A stretch of DNA of 64,000 nt from Alphaproteobacteria bacterium (GCA_965200925.1 OZ241738.1:585774-649773); one strand, 5' to 3'. Positions 36,491-48,115 are shown, counted from the first letter of the stretch. Program-made: numbers and translations. Notes: a model not told the origin generated them from the sequence alone.

Positions 36491-37272
36491 GCCGTCGCGG
36501 CTTTCGTTTGCCCGGCTCCTCTCCATCGGCGATGATCCGGCGCTTTCAGCAAGGGAGACCGTCGGTGACCGATCGCCCCCTCGACGAGAACGAGCTCGCC
36601 GCCCTGCGCGCCTTCGACACCCCGACCATCTGCAACGCCCTCGAGATCGTGTGTCCCGAGCGCCGGGCCCTCGGTTTCACGACCGGGATGCTCCTCTGCG
36701 CGTTCCCGGCGCTGGCGCCGATGGTGGGCTACGCCCGCACCGCGACGATCCGCGCGATGGAGCGCCCGGCGGCGGACGACGACGCCGTTATCGCCGACCG
36801 TATCGCCTATTACCGGTACGTGGAGGAGGGCCCCAGGCCGTCGATCATGGTGATCCAGGACATCGATTCGCGACCCGGCGCGGCCTCCTGGTGGGGGGAA
36901 GTGCAATCCAACGTGCATCAGGCCCTCGGCTCGCTCGGCGTGGTGACCAACGGCGCGGTGCGCGATCTCGACGCCATCGCCGACGGCTTCCAGTTCCTGT
37001 CCGGCACCGTCGTGCCGTCGCATGCCTGGGTCCACGTGATCTCCCACGGCGGCCCTGTCGATGTCTGCGGCATGGTGACGAACGGCGGCGATCTCGTGCA
37101 CGCGGACCGCCACGGCGCGGTCGTCGTTCCGCACGAAGCGGCGCGCGAGGTCCCGGCTGCGGCCGCGCTCTGCCAGCGTCGGGAGGCGCCGATCCTCGAC
37201 GCCTGCAAGGAGCCGGGCTTCTCCGCCGAGACGATGGCCCGGCTCTTGCGCGAGGTGCGGGAGATTCACTGA
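36487..37272 (+). CDS. RraA-family protein (RNase E regulator / HMG-aldolase-like)
   Basis: Contains TPTICNALE...IMVIQDIDSRPGAASWWGEVQSNVHQALGSLGVVTNGAVRDLD. The ATG at 36487 overlaps the upstream stop (ATGA); an alternative start lies at 36532. Confidence 0.8.
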   Translation: MSRRGFRLPGSSPSAMIRRFQQGRPSVTDRPLDENELAALRAFDTPTICNALEIVCPERRALGFTTGMLLCAFPALAPMVGYARTATIRAMERPAADDDAVIADRIAYYRYVEEGPRPSIMVIQDIDSRPGAASWWGEVQSNVHQALGSLGVVTNGAVRDLDAIADGFQFLSGTVVPSHAWVHVISHGGPVDVCGMVTNGGDLVHADRHGAVVVPHEAAREVPAAAALCQRREAPILDACKEPGFSAETMARLLREVREIH

Positions 37273-37311
37273 GCCGCGCCTCGGGCGAACGGTCGGGCGC
37301 GGCATCCGCCG

Positions 37312-38118
37312 CTATTGGAACGCGAGTTCGGCGGTGACGGGTGCGTGGTCCGAAGGCTTGGGCCAGCCGCGGGCGTCGCGGAGGATGAAGGCGCCGCGGA
37401 GCGCCGTTTCCAGTGCCGGCGTGACCCAGATGTGATCGAGCCTGCGGCCGCGGTCGGAGGCCGCCCAGTCGCGGGCGCGGTAGCTCCACCAGGAATAGAG
37501 CTTGCGCTTCGGCGGCACGAAGCGCCGCACGGCGTCGACCCAGCCATGCGACGCCGCGACCGCGGCGAGGGCGGCGGTCTCGACGGGCGTGTGGCTGACC
37601 ACCGACAGCAGCTGCCTGTGCGACCAGACGTCGGTCTCCAGCGGCGCGACGTTGAGATCCCCGACCAGGACGAAGCGGTTTTCCGGGCGGCGCCGGGCGG
37701 AAAACCAGCGCGCCATCTCGTCGAGGAAGGCGAGCTTGTGGGCGAATTTCTCGTTGACCGCCGGGTCCGGTTCGTCGCCGCCGGACGGCACGTAGAAGCA
37801 GTGGAGCTCGATGGCCTTTCCGCCCGGTGCGCCGATCGTCACATAGCCGTGGCGCGCCTCTGCCCGGCCCGCCCAGTCGCGCGTCTCGGCGCGCTCGAAC
37901 GGCAGGCGGGAGAGGATGGCCACGCCGTGATAGCCCTTCTGGCCGTGGACGAGCCGGTGCGCGTAGCCGAGTTCGTCCGCGATCTCGTGCGGGAAGAGCC
38001 GGTTTTCGACCTTGGTCTCCTGGAGGCAGAGCACGTCGGGAGCCACCGCCGCATCGAGGCGGCGCAACCCCTCCGCCCGCAGGCGGACGGAATTGACGTT
38101 CCAGCTCGTGATCCGCAT
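37312..38118 (-). CDS. xthA: Exodeoxyribonuclease III
   Basis: 268 aa. MRITSWNVNSVRLR...CLQETK...SDHAPV are canonical ExoIII/AP-endonuclease motifs. Confidence 0.9.
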   Translation of the reverse strand: MRITSWNVNSVRLRAEGLRRLDAAVAPDVLCLQETKVENRLFPHEIADELGYAHRLVHGQKGYHGVAILSRLPFERAETRDWAGRAEARHGYVTIGAPGGKAIELHCFYVPSGGDEPDPAVNEKFAHKLAFLDEMARWFSARRRPENRFVLVGDLNVAPLETDVWSHRQLLSVVSHTPVETAALAAVAASHGWVDAVRRFVPPKRKLYSWWSYRARDWAASDRGRRLDHIWVTPALETALRGAFILRDARGWPKPSDHAPVTAELAFQ

Positions 38119-38278
38119 GGCCGCCTGGGCGCGCTCGCTCCGTTAGCCGGTAAGAGGCCGCCGCACTATGTATCCAAACGGTTGGTAAGGCGAGCCGAAC
38201 AATCGCCGAGGTTGGATTTCCTGTGAAGATAAGCTTTCCCCTCGAAAAGACTTCGGAATATGTCGAGAAGATGGGTGC

Positions 38279-39211
38279 TCAATTCGCACCCCGTGCACGC
38301 GCGCACCGTTCCGCGGGGTTGTCGAATTCGACGTGCACGGCACCGGTATCGCGCCGTCGTGCAATCGCTTTTCGGATATTGTCCGCCGCGATCCCCACGT
38401 AGCCAGGATCGATTTCCACGGCCATCGAATTTCGACCGGACGCGACCGCGGCGATGGTCGGGCTGCCGGTTCCGGCGAAGGGGTCGAGAACGACGTCTCC
38501 CGCAAACGAGAACATGCGAATCAGGCGCTCCGCGAGTGCGGGAGGATACGGGGCGGGATGGCCATTGCGCGTCGAGGCGCCGCGAATGTCCGTCCAGACA
38601 GGCCGCCACCACCCTTGCATTTCCTCCCTGGTGAGCATGGATAGCGCCTTCTGTAGTGGGGTCGCTTTCCTGTACTCGCCGCCCTTCCTCAGAAACAGGA
38701 CGTACTCGATGTCGTTCTTCACGATCGCGCCGGGCTGGTACGGCTTCCCGTAGAATCCGGCACCGTTCCCTCGCGCTTCGGTGACGCCGTTCGCGATCTT
38801 GTGCCAGAGTATCGGAGTCAACACGTCGAGCCCGAGGGCACGCGATCGGACCTGGATGTCGGCGTGAAGAGGCATGACGACGTGCCTCCCGAATTTTCTG
38901 CGGGGGATGCACACGTCGCCGACGACGCAACAAACACGCCCTCCCGGCACCAGGACGCGCGCGCATGCGTGCCACACCATGTTGAGTGCGTCGAGGAACG
39001 TCTCGTAAGACTCGATGGTGCCGATCTGACCGGCGATTTCCGGGTATTCCTTGAGCGTCCAGTAGGGCGGAGACGTGACGACCAGATGAACCGTTTCGTC
39101 CTCGATATGGGACAGATCGCGGGCGTCTCCCCGTCGCAGCGCATGCGCGGTCCGGTCGAAGGGAGGCGGCCACGCGGTTTGGCGAAAACGTTCGTTGGCC
39201 GTCCGCAACAT
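38279..39211 (-). CDS. Site-specific DNA methyltransferase, beta-class N4/N6 (SPPY motif), apparently orphan
   Basis: From MLRTANERF. Motif IV is LVVTSPPYW and motif I DVVLDPFAGTGSP lies C-terminal (circularly permuted beta order). No restriction gene is adjacent. Confidence 0.85.
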   Translation of the reverse strand: MLRTANERFRQTAWPPPFDRTAHALRRGDARDLSHIEDETVHLVVTSPPYWTLKEYPEIAGQIGTIESYETFLDALNMVWHACARVLVPGGRVCCVVGDVCIPRRKFGRHVVMPLHADIQVRSRALGLDVLTPILWHKIANGVTEARGNGAGFYGKPYQPGAIVKNDIEYVLFLRKGGEYRKATPLQKALSMLTREEMQGWWRPVWTDIRGASTRNGHPAPYPPALAERLIRMFSFAGDVVLDPFAGTGSPTIAAVASGRNSMAVEIDPGYVGIAADNIRKAIARRRDTGAVHVEFDNPAERCARARGAN

Positions 39212-39376
39212 CTGAAGATCCTCGGACGTGTGTTGTCCCCCTTCGGCAGCGCGATGCCCTCCGGGAACAGCGCAACGACCTCGGAATCCCGTGCTTTGGT
39301 CATGTGGTCTCCGACCAGCCGCGTCTGGATGCGACATTGCAACCCGAATTTCCCATACCCCGTCCGGCGGCGCGCG

Positions 39377-40882
39377 TCACGGTCTTCCTTCCTCTTCTGT
39401 GCGCGAGTCGGGGAAGCGGAGGCTGAAAACCGTGCCCGTCGGGCCGGAGCGGTCGAGGCGGATATCACCACCGTGGTTGTGCATGAGGTCGCGCGCGATG
39501 GCGAGGCCGAGGCCGGTGCTGTCGCTTCGGCCGGCGCCGGCGAACGCTTCGAACAGGTGGTCGCGCGCTTCGGCCGGGAGGCCCGGTCCGGTGTCGGCGA
39601 TGTCGACGATCGTGCCTGCCGCCTCGCGCCGGGCGCCGACGCGCACCGTTCCGCCCGACTCGCAGCCGGCCAGCGCCTCCACCGCGTTCCGCGCGAGGTT
39701 CATGATGATCCGGTAAACCTGATCACGGTCGGCCGAAACGCCGAGGCCGGGCGGCACGTCGTTGCGCCAGACGATGGCGTCGCCGGCGCCGATGGGAAGC
39801 GCACTCCCCACCTCGTCGACGAGCGGCGCCAGAGCGAAGGACGCCCGCCGCGGCTCCGGCGCGCCGGCGGTGGCGTAGGTCAAGGTCTGGGTGCACAGCG
39901 CGGCCGCCCGGTCGATGGCCGAGACCAGGGGGGCCGCCAGCTTCCGCACTTCCGGGTCGCGGGCGGCCGCCAGGCGGTCCGAGAGCAGCGCGGCGGTCGC
40001 CAGCATGTTGCGGAGATCGTGGTTGATCTTGGCGACTCCGGCGCCGACCGCGGCGAGCCGTGCCTTCTGGTGCAGTGCGGCGCGCACGCGCCGCTGCATC
40101 ACGTGCAGCTCCCGCTGCGCGAGGCCGATCTCGTCGCGCCGGCCGCTCACCGAGATCGTGGCGGCAGCGTCTTCCGGCGCCTGCCGGAACGAGATCAGGC
40201 TGTCGGTCATGCGGCCCAGCGGGCGGACCATGAGCCAGTGCAGCGACAGATAGATCAACCCGGCGACGATGAAGGCAAGCACCAGGGAGAGCGCGAGGAT
40301 GCGACCCGAATAGTCGAGCATCGCCGCGTGAAGCGGCGCCTCCGGCAGCAGGATGTCGACCAGAGTGCCCGGCGGATCGCCGGCCACCACCCCCACCACC
40401 CGGATGATCCGGGCGCCGCCGTGGCGGAGCGTGTCGAAGGCGTGGCCGATCAGAGAGAGGGGAGTCGCCTCGCGCAAGTCGAAGCGCGCGTCGGGCGCGG
40501 CCGCCATGCCGTCGCCCAGAATCGTCTTGCGCCCGCCGGGCCGTTCTATTGCCGCCGCCGAGACGCCCGCGCGGGCCGGGAGCGCGGCCCCGAGCGCATC
40601 GGCGACCGCCCGGTCCGGTGCCGCTTCGACGGCGAGCGCCGCGAGGCGCGCGGCCTCGATCCGCTCCTCGAGGAAGACCAGCCTGTAGCGGGCGATCGAG
40701 GGAACGTAGATGAAGACTTCGCCCAAGAGGACGAAGAGCACCGTCAACGCCAGCAGCCGCGCCGACAGGCCGCGGGCGGCCCCCGGAAGGCGGGAGAGGG
40801 GGGAGCTGCGCAAGACGCCTCGAGAGTGGCTACCGGTTGTCCCTCCGCGCCGACTATAGAACCGCCCTCCGGCGCGCGCCAT
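39377..40882 (-). CDS. Membrane sensor histidine kinase
   Basis: Two TM segments are followed by a HisKA H-box (KINHDLRNMLA) and HATPase_c motifs (NLARNAVEAL, DTGPGLP, GLGLAI). The start codon is uncertain. Confidence 0.85.
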   Translation of the reverse strand: MARAGGRFYSRRGGTTGSHSRGVLRSSPLSRLPGAARGLSARLLALTVLFVLLGEVFIYVPSIARYRLVFLEERIEAARLAALAVEAAPDRAVADALGAALPARAGVSAAAIERPGGRKTILGDGMAAAPDARFDLREATPLSLIGHAFDTLRHGGARIIRVVGVVAGDPPGTLVDILLPEAPLHAAMLDYSGRILALSLVLAFIVAGLIYLSLHWLMVRPLGRMTDSLISFRQAPEDAAATISVSGRRDEIGLAQRELHVMQRRVRAALHQKARLAAVGAGVAKINHDLRNMLATAALLSDRLAAARDPEVRKLAAPLVSAIDRAAALCTQTLTYATAGAPEPRRASFALAPLVDEVGSALPIGAGDAIVWRNDVPPGLGVSADRDQVYRIIMNLARNAVEALAGCESGGTVRVGARREAAGTIVDIADTGPGLPAEARDHLFEAFAGAGRSDSTGLGLAIARDLMHNHGGDIRLDRSGPTGTVFSLRFPDSRTEEEGRP

Positions 40883-40894
40883 GCCGGGTGCCGG

Positions 40895-42256
40895 TCACCC
40901 CAGGCGGGCGAGCAGGCGGACGAGACGGCGCGTCCGCGCGCCGAACAGGGCCGGCGCGTAGAAACTTCCGGCTGCTCTGGTGCTGACCTCGCTCAAGGTC
41001 GGGTAGGGCACGACCGCCCGCGCCAGCGCGCCGAGCGCGAGCCGCCGGCGCACGGCGAGTGCCCAGGGGAGAATCAACTCGCCGGCATGGGGGCCGACGA
41101 GGGAGGCGCCGAGCACTCGTCCGCGCGGCGTCGCCACCACCTTGATCAGGCCCTCCGCCGCGCCCTCCGCGAGAGCCCGGTCGTTGTCGCCGAAGGGAAC
41201 GCGCAGGACGCGAATCCGGTGGCCGGCGGCGCGCGCCGCCGCTTCGGCGAGGCCGACATGGGCGAGCTCGGGGTCCGTATAGGTGACCCACGGCACCGCG
41301 TCGTAGCGCATCCGCACCGGGAGCCGGAAGAGCGCGTTCATGAGTACCGCGCGCGCTTGGTGGTCGGCCATATGGGTGAATCGATAAGGCCCGACGACAT
41401 CCCCGATCGCGTAGATCCGCCGGTTGGTGGTCCGCAGGCGGCCGTCCACGACGGGCGCACCGTCGCGCAGGCGGACCCCGGTGCTCTCGAGGCCGAGGCC
41501 GGCGACGTTCGGCTTGCGCCCGGCGGCGATCAGGAGGTGCGAGCCGTGGATGCGGCCCGATTCGCAGGCGAGTGCGATGCCGCTGCTGGCCGCCTCGACG
41601 GCGCTCACCCGCGCGTCCTCGACGATCGCGACGCCTTCCGTGATCAGCCGCGCACGCACGACCGCCGCGAGCTCCGGGTCGTCGCGCCCGAGCAGGCGCG
41701 CCGCCTCGACCACCGTGACCCGGGCGCCGAGCCGGCGATAGGCCTGCGCCATCTCGACTCCCACCGGCCCGCCGCCCAGCACGATCAGGTGCGCGGGCTC
41801 CGGGGCCGCGTCGAACAGCGTCTCGTTGGTGAAGTAAGGGACGGTGTCCAGCCCCGGGATCGGCGGAACGGCGGGCACCGAGCCGGTCGCGATGACGAAC
41901 CGCCGGGCGGTCACGCTCGTGTCGCCCACTTCCAGGAAGCGCGGGGCGACGAAACACGCCTTGCCGCGCAGGACACAGGCGCCGAGCGCGCGGTAGCGCT
42001 CGGCTGAATCCTGCGGCTCGATGGTGCGGATCACCCGCCGCGCGTGGTCGTAGGCGGCGGCGAAACCGTCCCCCCGCGCCGCGGCGGCCAGCAGGGACTT
42101 GGAGGGGACGCAGCCGGTATTGAGGCACTCGCCGCCCATCCGCGCCTGCTCGATCAGGATCACCGACGCGCCCAGCCGGCGGGCGCCGGCGGTGATCGAC
42201 AGGCCGGCGGCGCCGGCGCCGATCACGCAGAGGTCCGCTCTGATCCTGTCCGCCAC
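40895..42256 (-). CDS. FAD-dependent pyridine nucleotide-disulfide oxidoreductase (dihydrolipoamide dehydrogenase/mercuric reductase-like)
   Basis: Contains DLCVIGAGAAGL (FAD) and the redox-active GGECLNTGCVPSK. I chose the GTG at 42256, 13 nt after the holC stop, because the longer track ORF would overlap holC by more than 100 nt. Confidence 0.85.
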   Translation of the reverse strand: MADRIRADLCVIGAGAAGLSITAGARRLGASVILIEQARMGGECLNTGCVPSKSLLAAAARGDGFAAAYDHARRVIRTIEPQDSAERYRALGACVLRGKACFVAPRFLEVGDTSVTARRFVIATGSVPAVPPIPGLDTVPYFTNETLFDAAPEPAHLIVLGGGPVGVEMAQAYRRLGARVTVVEAARLLGRDDPELAAVVRARLITEGVAIVEDARVSAVEAASSGIALACESGRIHGSHLLIAAGRKPNVAGLGLESTGVRLRDGAPVVDGRLRTTNRRIYAIGDVVGPYRFTHMADHQARAVLMNALFRLPVRMRYDAVPWVTYTDPELAHVGLAEAAARAAGHRIRVLRVPFGDNDRALAEGAAEGLIKVVATPRGRVLGASLVGPHAGELILPWALAVRRRLALGALARAVVPYPTLSEVSTRAAGSFYAPALFGARTRRLVRLLARLG

Positions 42257-42269
42257 GTTTCCCGGCCGG

Positions 42270-42725
42270 TCACCCCTGGTCCCGCCGCTCCCATTTGCCG
42301 TCCGCGGTCTGCTCCCAGAAGGTGACGTCGTGGCCGCCGGTGCGGCGTTCCCGCCAGCGCTCGCGCGCGGCTTCGAGAGCGGCCGCATCGGCGCCGTCGA
42401 AGATGTCGAGGCAACGCTCGAAGCGGTCCGGGTCGCCGGGAGCGATGCCGTCCACCATGACCGCGATCCGGGCGCCGTTGGGGTTGTCGTCGCCCGTGGT
42501 CAGGAAGACCGGCTGCCGCTCGCCGCGCCCGTCCCGCGCCGTGCCGTGGGGCAGGAACGAGCCCTGCTCGTAGGTCCAGAGCGCGGCGTTCAACGCCTCG
42601 ATGCGCTCCTCCGAAGCGCCGATCACCACGGCGCGGCGGCCGCTTTCGAGCACCTTCTCCAGAAGCTTCGGGAGCGCTTTCTCCAACGGCGTGCGGCGCA
42701 GCCGGTAGAAGGCGAACGCGGCCAT
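42270..42725 (-). CDS. holC: DNA polymerase III chi subunit
   Basis: From MAAFAFYRL. The length (~150 aa), the motif LWTYEQGSFLPHG and its position just downstream of pepA are typical of holC. Confidence 0.8.
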   Translation of the reverse strand: MAAFAFYRLRRTPLEKALPKLLEKVLESGRRAVVIGASEERIEALNAALWTYEQGSFLPHGTARDGRGERQPVFLTTGDDNPNGARIAVMVDGIAPGDPDRFERCLDIFDGADAAALEAARERWRERRTGGHDVTFWEQTADGKWERRDQG

Positions 42726-42736
42726 CGTGCCGGCGG

Positions 42737-44239
42737 TCAGGCCTCGTAGTGCGCGCGCACCAGCCGGTCGAGAAGCCGGACGCCGTAGCCGGTGGCGCCC
42801 TTGGGAACGATCGGGTCGTCGCCGCGCTTCATCCACGCCATGCCGGCGATGTCGAGATGCGCCCAGGGCACGCCGTTGACGAAGCGTTGCAGGAATTGCG
42901 CGGCGGTCACGCTGCCCGCCTCCCGGCCCTTGCCGACGTTCTTCATGTCGGCGATCGCCGAGTCGATGTCCTTGTCGTAGCGCTTGCCGAGGGGCAGGCG
43001 CCAGACCTCTTCGCCGCTCTCCTCGCCGGCGGCCATGAGCCGGCCCGCGAGTTCGTCATCATTGCTGAACAGCCCGGCCCGGTAGGTGCCGAGGCTGACG
43101 ATGATCGCGCCCGTGAGCGTCGCGAGGTCGATGATGAGGCGCGGTTTGAAGGTCGCCTGCGTGTACCAGAGCGCGTCGGCCAGCACCAGCCGGCCCTCGG
43201 CGTCGGTGTTGACGACCTCGATGGTCTGGCCGGACATCGAGGTCACGACATCGCCCGGGCGCTGCGCCTTGCCGTCAGGCATGTTCTCGACCAGCCCGAC
43301 GACCCCGACGGCGTTCACCCGCGCTCGGCGGCCCGCCAGGCACTTCATCAGGCCGACGACGGTGGCGGCGCCGGCCATGTCGTATTTCATCTCCTCCATG
43401 CCCTGGGACGGTTTGATCGAGATGCCGCCGGTGTCGAAGGTGACGCCCTTGCCGACGAAGGCCACGGGCTTGCGGCCTCTGCCCTGCGGCGCGCCGTTCC
43501 ACCGCATGATCGCGCAATAGGGCGCGCGCGCGCTGCCCTGGGCCACGCCGAGCAGCGACCCCATGCCGAGCGACGCCATCTTCGCGCGGTCGAGCAGTTC
43601 CACCCCGAGCCCGTCCGCGGCCAGGGACTCGATGGCCTTCGCCAGGGTCTCCGGATAGACGACGTTGCTCGGCTCGGAGACCAGATCGCGCGCGAGGAAG
43701 ACGCCGCGTGCCAGGCTGTCGTTGGGCGCGAACGCCTTCCGGGCCGCCTTCGGATCGTCCACCATCACGGTCAGGCGGGCGAGGCTGGGCTTGTCCGCAT
43801 CCTTCTTCTTCGTGCGGTACTTGTCGAAGCGATAGGCGCCGAGGCGCGCGCCGAGGGCGATTTCCGCGGCCATCTCGGCCGGCGTCATGGCGCAGCCTTC
43901 CGCCTCGTCCACGGCGATGGCGCCGGCCTTCGCGCCGAGCGCGTCGAGGCGACCGGCGACGCCGCCGCCGACCGTGCGCAGCCCGCGTGCGCCGAGTCGG
44001 TCCGGCTTGCCGAGCCCCACCAGGAGGACGGCATCGACCGGGAGGCCGTGCGGCGCGACGACGGCGCTCACCGCACCCTCCCTGCCGCGGAAGCGGCCGC
44101 TCGCGAGCGCGCGGGTGAGCGCACCGTCGCTCCCCTCGTCCAGGCGGCGGGCGGTCGCGCCCAGAACGCGATCTTCCGCGACGCCGACGGCGACCGCGCC
44201 CGCGGACGGCACGGCGATTTTGGAAAAGGTGATCTTCAT
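42737..44239 (-). CDS. pepA: Leucyl aminopeptidase
   Basis: 500 aa with the M17 signature NTDAEGRLVLADAL and the VGKGVTFDTGGISIKP motif. Confidence 0.95.
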   Translation of the reverse strand: MKITFSKIAVPSAGAVAVGVAEDRVLGATARRLDEGSDGALTRALASGRFRGREGAVSAVVAPHGLPVDAVLLVGLGKPDRLGARGLRTVGGGVAGRLDALGAKAGAIAVDEAEGCAMTPAEMAAEIALGARLGAYRFDKYRTKKKDADKPSLARLTVMVDDPKAARKAFAPNDSLARGVFLARDLVSEPSNVVYPETLAKAIESLAADGLGVELLDRAKMASLGMGSLLGVAQGSARAPYCAIMRWNGAPQGRGRKPVAFVGKGVTFDTGGISIKPSQGMEEMKYDMAGAATVVGLMKCLAGRRARVNAVGVVGLVENMPDGKAQRPGDVVTSMSGQTIEVVNTDAEGRLVLADALWYTQATFKPRLIIDLATLTGAIIVSLGTYRAGLFSNDDELAGRLMAAGEESGEEVWRLPLGKRYDKDIDSAIADMKNVGKGREAGSVTAAQFLQRFVNGVPWAHLDIAGMAWMKRGDDPIVPKGATGYGVRLLDRLVRAHYEA

Positions 44240-44293
44240 GGCGACCTCGTATCCCTGGCGCGCCGGGCGGGGGGCGGCGCTTCGCCCGCGTCG

Positions 44294-45901
<1,608 letters not shown>

Positions 45902-46114
45902 CCGTCCGCTCGCCGACGCCGCGAATCTCCCGCTTCCACCTCGCCTCTCTCCTTCCCCCGAAACCAGGCATTTGCCGGGCGGGGGAATCCGCTCCGCGGA
46001 CGGGTCGTCGGCGATCCGGCGTGGCAGCGCGACCTCGCCGCGCACATGGGCGAGAACCTCGTTCAGGGCCATTTCGACCTCGCGGCCCGCCTGGGTTCGT
46101 TCCGCTCCGCTCAT
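45902..46114 (-). pseudogene. Truncated NadS/HigA-like antitoxin remnant, in frame with pckA
   Basis: The ATG at 46114 overlaps the toxin stop (ATGA). [43 protein letters not shown] resembles the N-terminal segment of HTH antitoxins partnered with this toxin type. No HTH follows, and there is no stop codon before the pckA ATG (track ORF 44294..46414). Confidence 0.45.
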
Positions 46115-46443
46115 CTGTCCGCCCCCTCCTCCTGGATCCTGGCCACCAGCCGCGAAAGCGCTTTCCTGTCCGTCGAGGTCAGGTCGTCGTGCTCTGCTTT
46201 CGCGTAAGCCGTCAGCAAATAGATGTCTCCAGGGCCGGCATGATGGAAATAGATCGCGCGGATGCCGCCCCGTTTGCCTCGGCCCGAACCTGCCCAGCGC
46301 AGCTTGCGGATGCCTCCCGTACCTCGAATGATCGGAGCACCGTCGGGATCGGTGACGATCGCCGCTTCCATTTCCCGCCGTGCGCCCTCCGAGATCAACT
46401 TGCGAACGGCACATTCATAGGTGCCGGTGACGAAGACCTGCAT
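46111..46443 (-). CDS. RelE/ParE-superfamily (HigB-like) type II toxin
   Basis: 110 aa. [28 protein letters not shown]....[23 protein letters not shown] is the hallmark of this toxin family. Confidence 0.75.
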   Translation of the reverse strand: MQVFVTGTYECAVRKLISEGARREMEAAIVTDPDGAPIIRGTGGIRKLRWAGSGRGKRGGIRAIYFHHAGPGDIYLLTAYAKAEHDDLTSTDRKALSRLVARIQEEGADR

Positions 46444-46780
46444 TGATCGCAATATGCGCCATTCATCGGGGACTTGCCACCCCTTATCGGGGCTGTCTCC
46501 CTTGGCGCTTCGGATCTCGGTCTGATTCGCGAATGTCCGAGCCTCGTCGCGCGCGAAGCACACCGCCGAAGCGGCATCCACTCGCGAAGCGCCTCCGGGA
46601 ACGGCATTTCGTGCGGCCCGGAAAGACCGAAAGGTGATCGTCCCGGCCGTTCGGCGATTCGCGCGTTTCGGATAATATCGGCGGCCATCGGTGCCCGCGT
46701 CCCGGGGCCGGGCCGGCGCGGTTCCGGCAAACGACGAGGGGTCCATGGCCATGGGAGGGGAGGCGGTCGGCGGCGCGGCG

Positions 46781-48115
46781 ATGCCGTTCGCCCGCCATCT
46801 CGCGCGCACCGCCCGGCTCGCCGCGCCGGTGATCGCCGCCCGCGCCGGACTCCTGGTGATGGTCGCCATCGATTCGGCGATGCTCGGCCATTACCGGACG
46901 GAGGCGCTCGCCGCCTACGCGGCGGCCAACGCGGCGCAGGTGGTCATGGTCCTGATCGGCGTCGGGCTGCTCCAGGGCACGGTGATCCTCGTCGCCCAGG
47001 CGCGCGGTGCGGGCGACGACGCGGCCTGCGGCGCCTATTGGCGGGTCAGCATGGTCCACGGCGCGGTTCTTGGCCTCGTCATGAGCGCGATCTGCCTGCT
47101 CGGGCGCTGGATTCTGGCGGCGACGGGGCAGGAGACGGCGGTCGCCGCCGACGGCGGGGCCGTGCTCGACATGATCGCCTGGGGAACGCCGCCGCTCATG
47201 ATGTGGGTGGTGTGCACCCATTTCCTCGAAGGGCTCAGCCGGCCGCTTCCCGGCATGGTGGTCATGATCGGTGCCGTCCTTCTCAACGCGCTGCTCAATT
47301 GGGTTTTCATCTTCGGCAATCTCGGCGGGCCGGAGCGCGGGGCGGAGGGCGCGGCGATCGCGACGTCGCTGGTGCGCTGGCTCATGTTCGCCGCTCTCCT
47401 CCTGGTGGTGCTGCGCCTGCCGGACGCCGGCGCCCTTCGCGTGCGCGCGCCGGCGGTGGATTTCCGCGCGGTCTCCCGCCGGTTGCGGCGCATCGGCTAT
47501 CCGCTGGGCGCCGCCCGCGGCCTGGAGACGGCGGCGTTCGCGGCGCTCGTCATGCTGGCGGGCCATCTCGGCACGGAGGCCCTCGCCGCCTACCAGATCG
47601 GCTACAACCTGATCGGCCTCGTCTTCATGTGCGCCATCGGCACCGCCGCCGCCAGCATGGTCCGCGTCGGCAACGCGGTCGGCCGGCGCAATGCCGCCGA
47701 CGTGGCGCGCGCCGGCTGGGCCGGGGTCTTCTTCATCGTCTGCGTGATGGCCTGTTTCGCCGGGCCGTTCCTGGGGCTGGATACGGCGCTGGCTACGCTT
47801 TACACCGACGATCCCGCGGTGATCCCGGCGGCCGCGTCGCTGATCGCGATCTGCGGCGTGATCCTGGTCTTCGACGGTGTCCAGGCGGTGCTCATGGGCG
47901 CGCTGCGCGGCGTCGCCGACGTCTGGGTGCCGCCGGGGCTCCAGCTGGTCTCCTGGTGGTGCGTCTCGGTGCCGCTGGGCTACGTGCTGGCCTTCGCCTT
48001 CGGCGTCGGCGTGGACGGCCTCATGTGGGGCATCCTGGCGGGAGCACTGACCGCGAGCGGCCTCCTCGCCCTGCGCTTCCTGTCCGTAGCCCGTCGCCCC
48101 ATCGCGCGCTATTGA
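46781..48115 (+). CDS. MATE-family efflux transporter
   Basis: 12-TM profile with a MATE-like N-terminus FARHLARTARLAAPVIAARAGLLVM. Upstream in-frame ATGs at 46691 and 46745 are possible alternative starts. Confidence 0.85.
   Translation: MPFARHLARTARLAAPVIAARAGLLVMVAIDSAMLGHYRTEALAAYAAANAAQVVMVLIGVGLLQGTVILVAQARGAGDDAACGAYWRVSMVHGAVLGLVMSAICLLGRWILAATGQETAVAADGGAVLDMIAWGTPPLMMWVVCTHFLEGLSRPLPGMVVMIGAVLLNALLNWVFIFGNLGGPERGAEGAAIATSLVRWLMFAALLLVVLRLPDAGALRVRAPAVDFRAVSRRLRRIGYPLGAARGLETAAFAALVMLAGHLGTEALAAYQIGYNLIGLVFMCAIGTAAASMVRVGNAVGRRNAADVARAGWAGVFFIVCVMACFAGPFLGLDTALATLYTDDPAVIPAAASLIAICGVILVFDGVQAVLMGALRGVADVWVPPGLQLVSWWCVSVPLGYVLAFAFGVGVDGLMWGILAGALTASGLLALRFLSVARRPIARY

Noticed and set aside
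38279-39211. Cell-cycle methyltransferase CcrM
   Set aside because: The catalytic motif is SPPY rather than DPPY. The N-terminus and length do not match the CcrM pattern I know, and the flanks look acquired.
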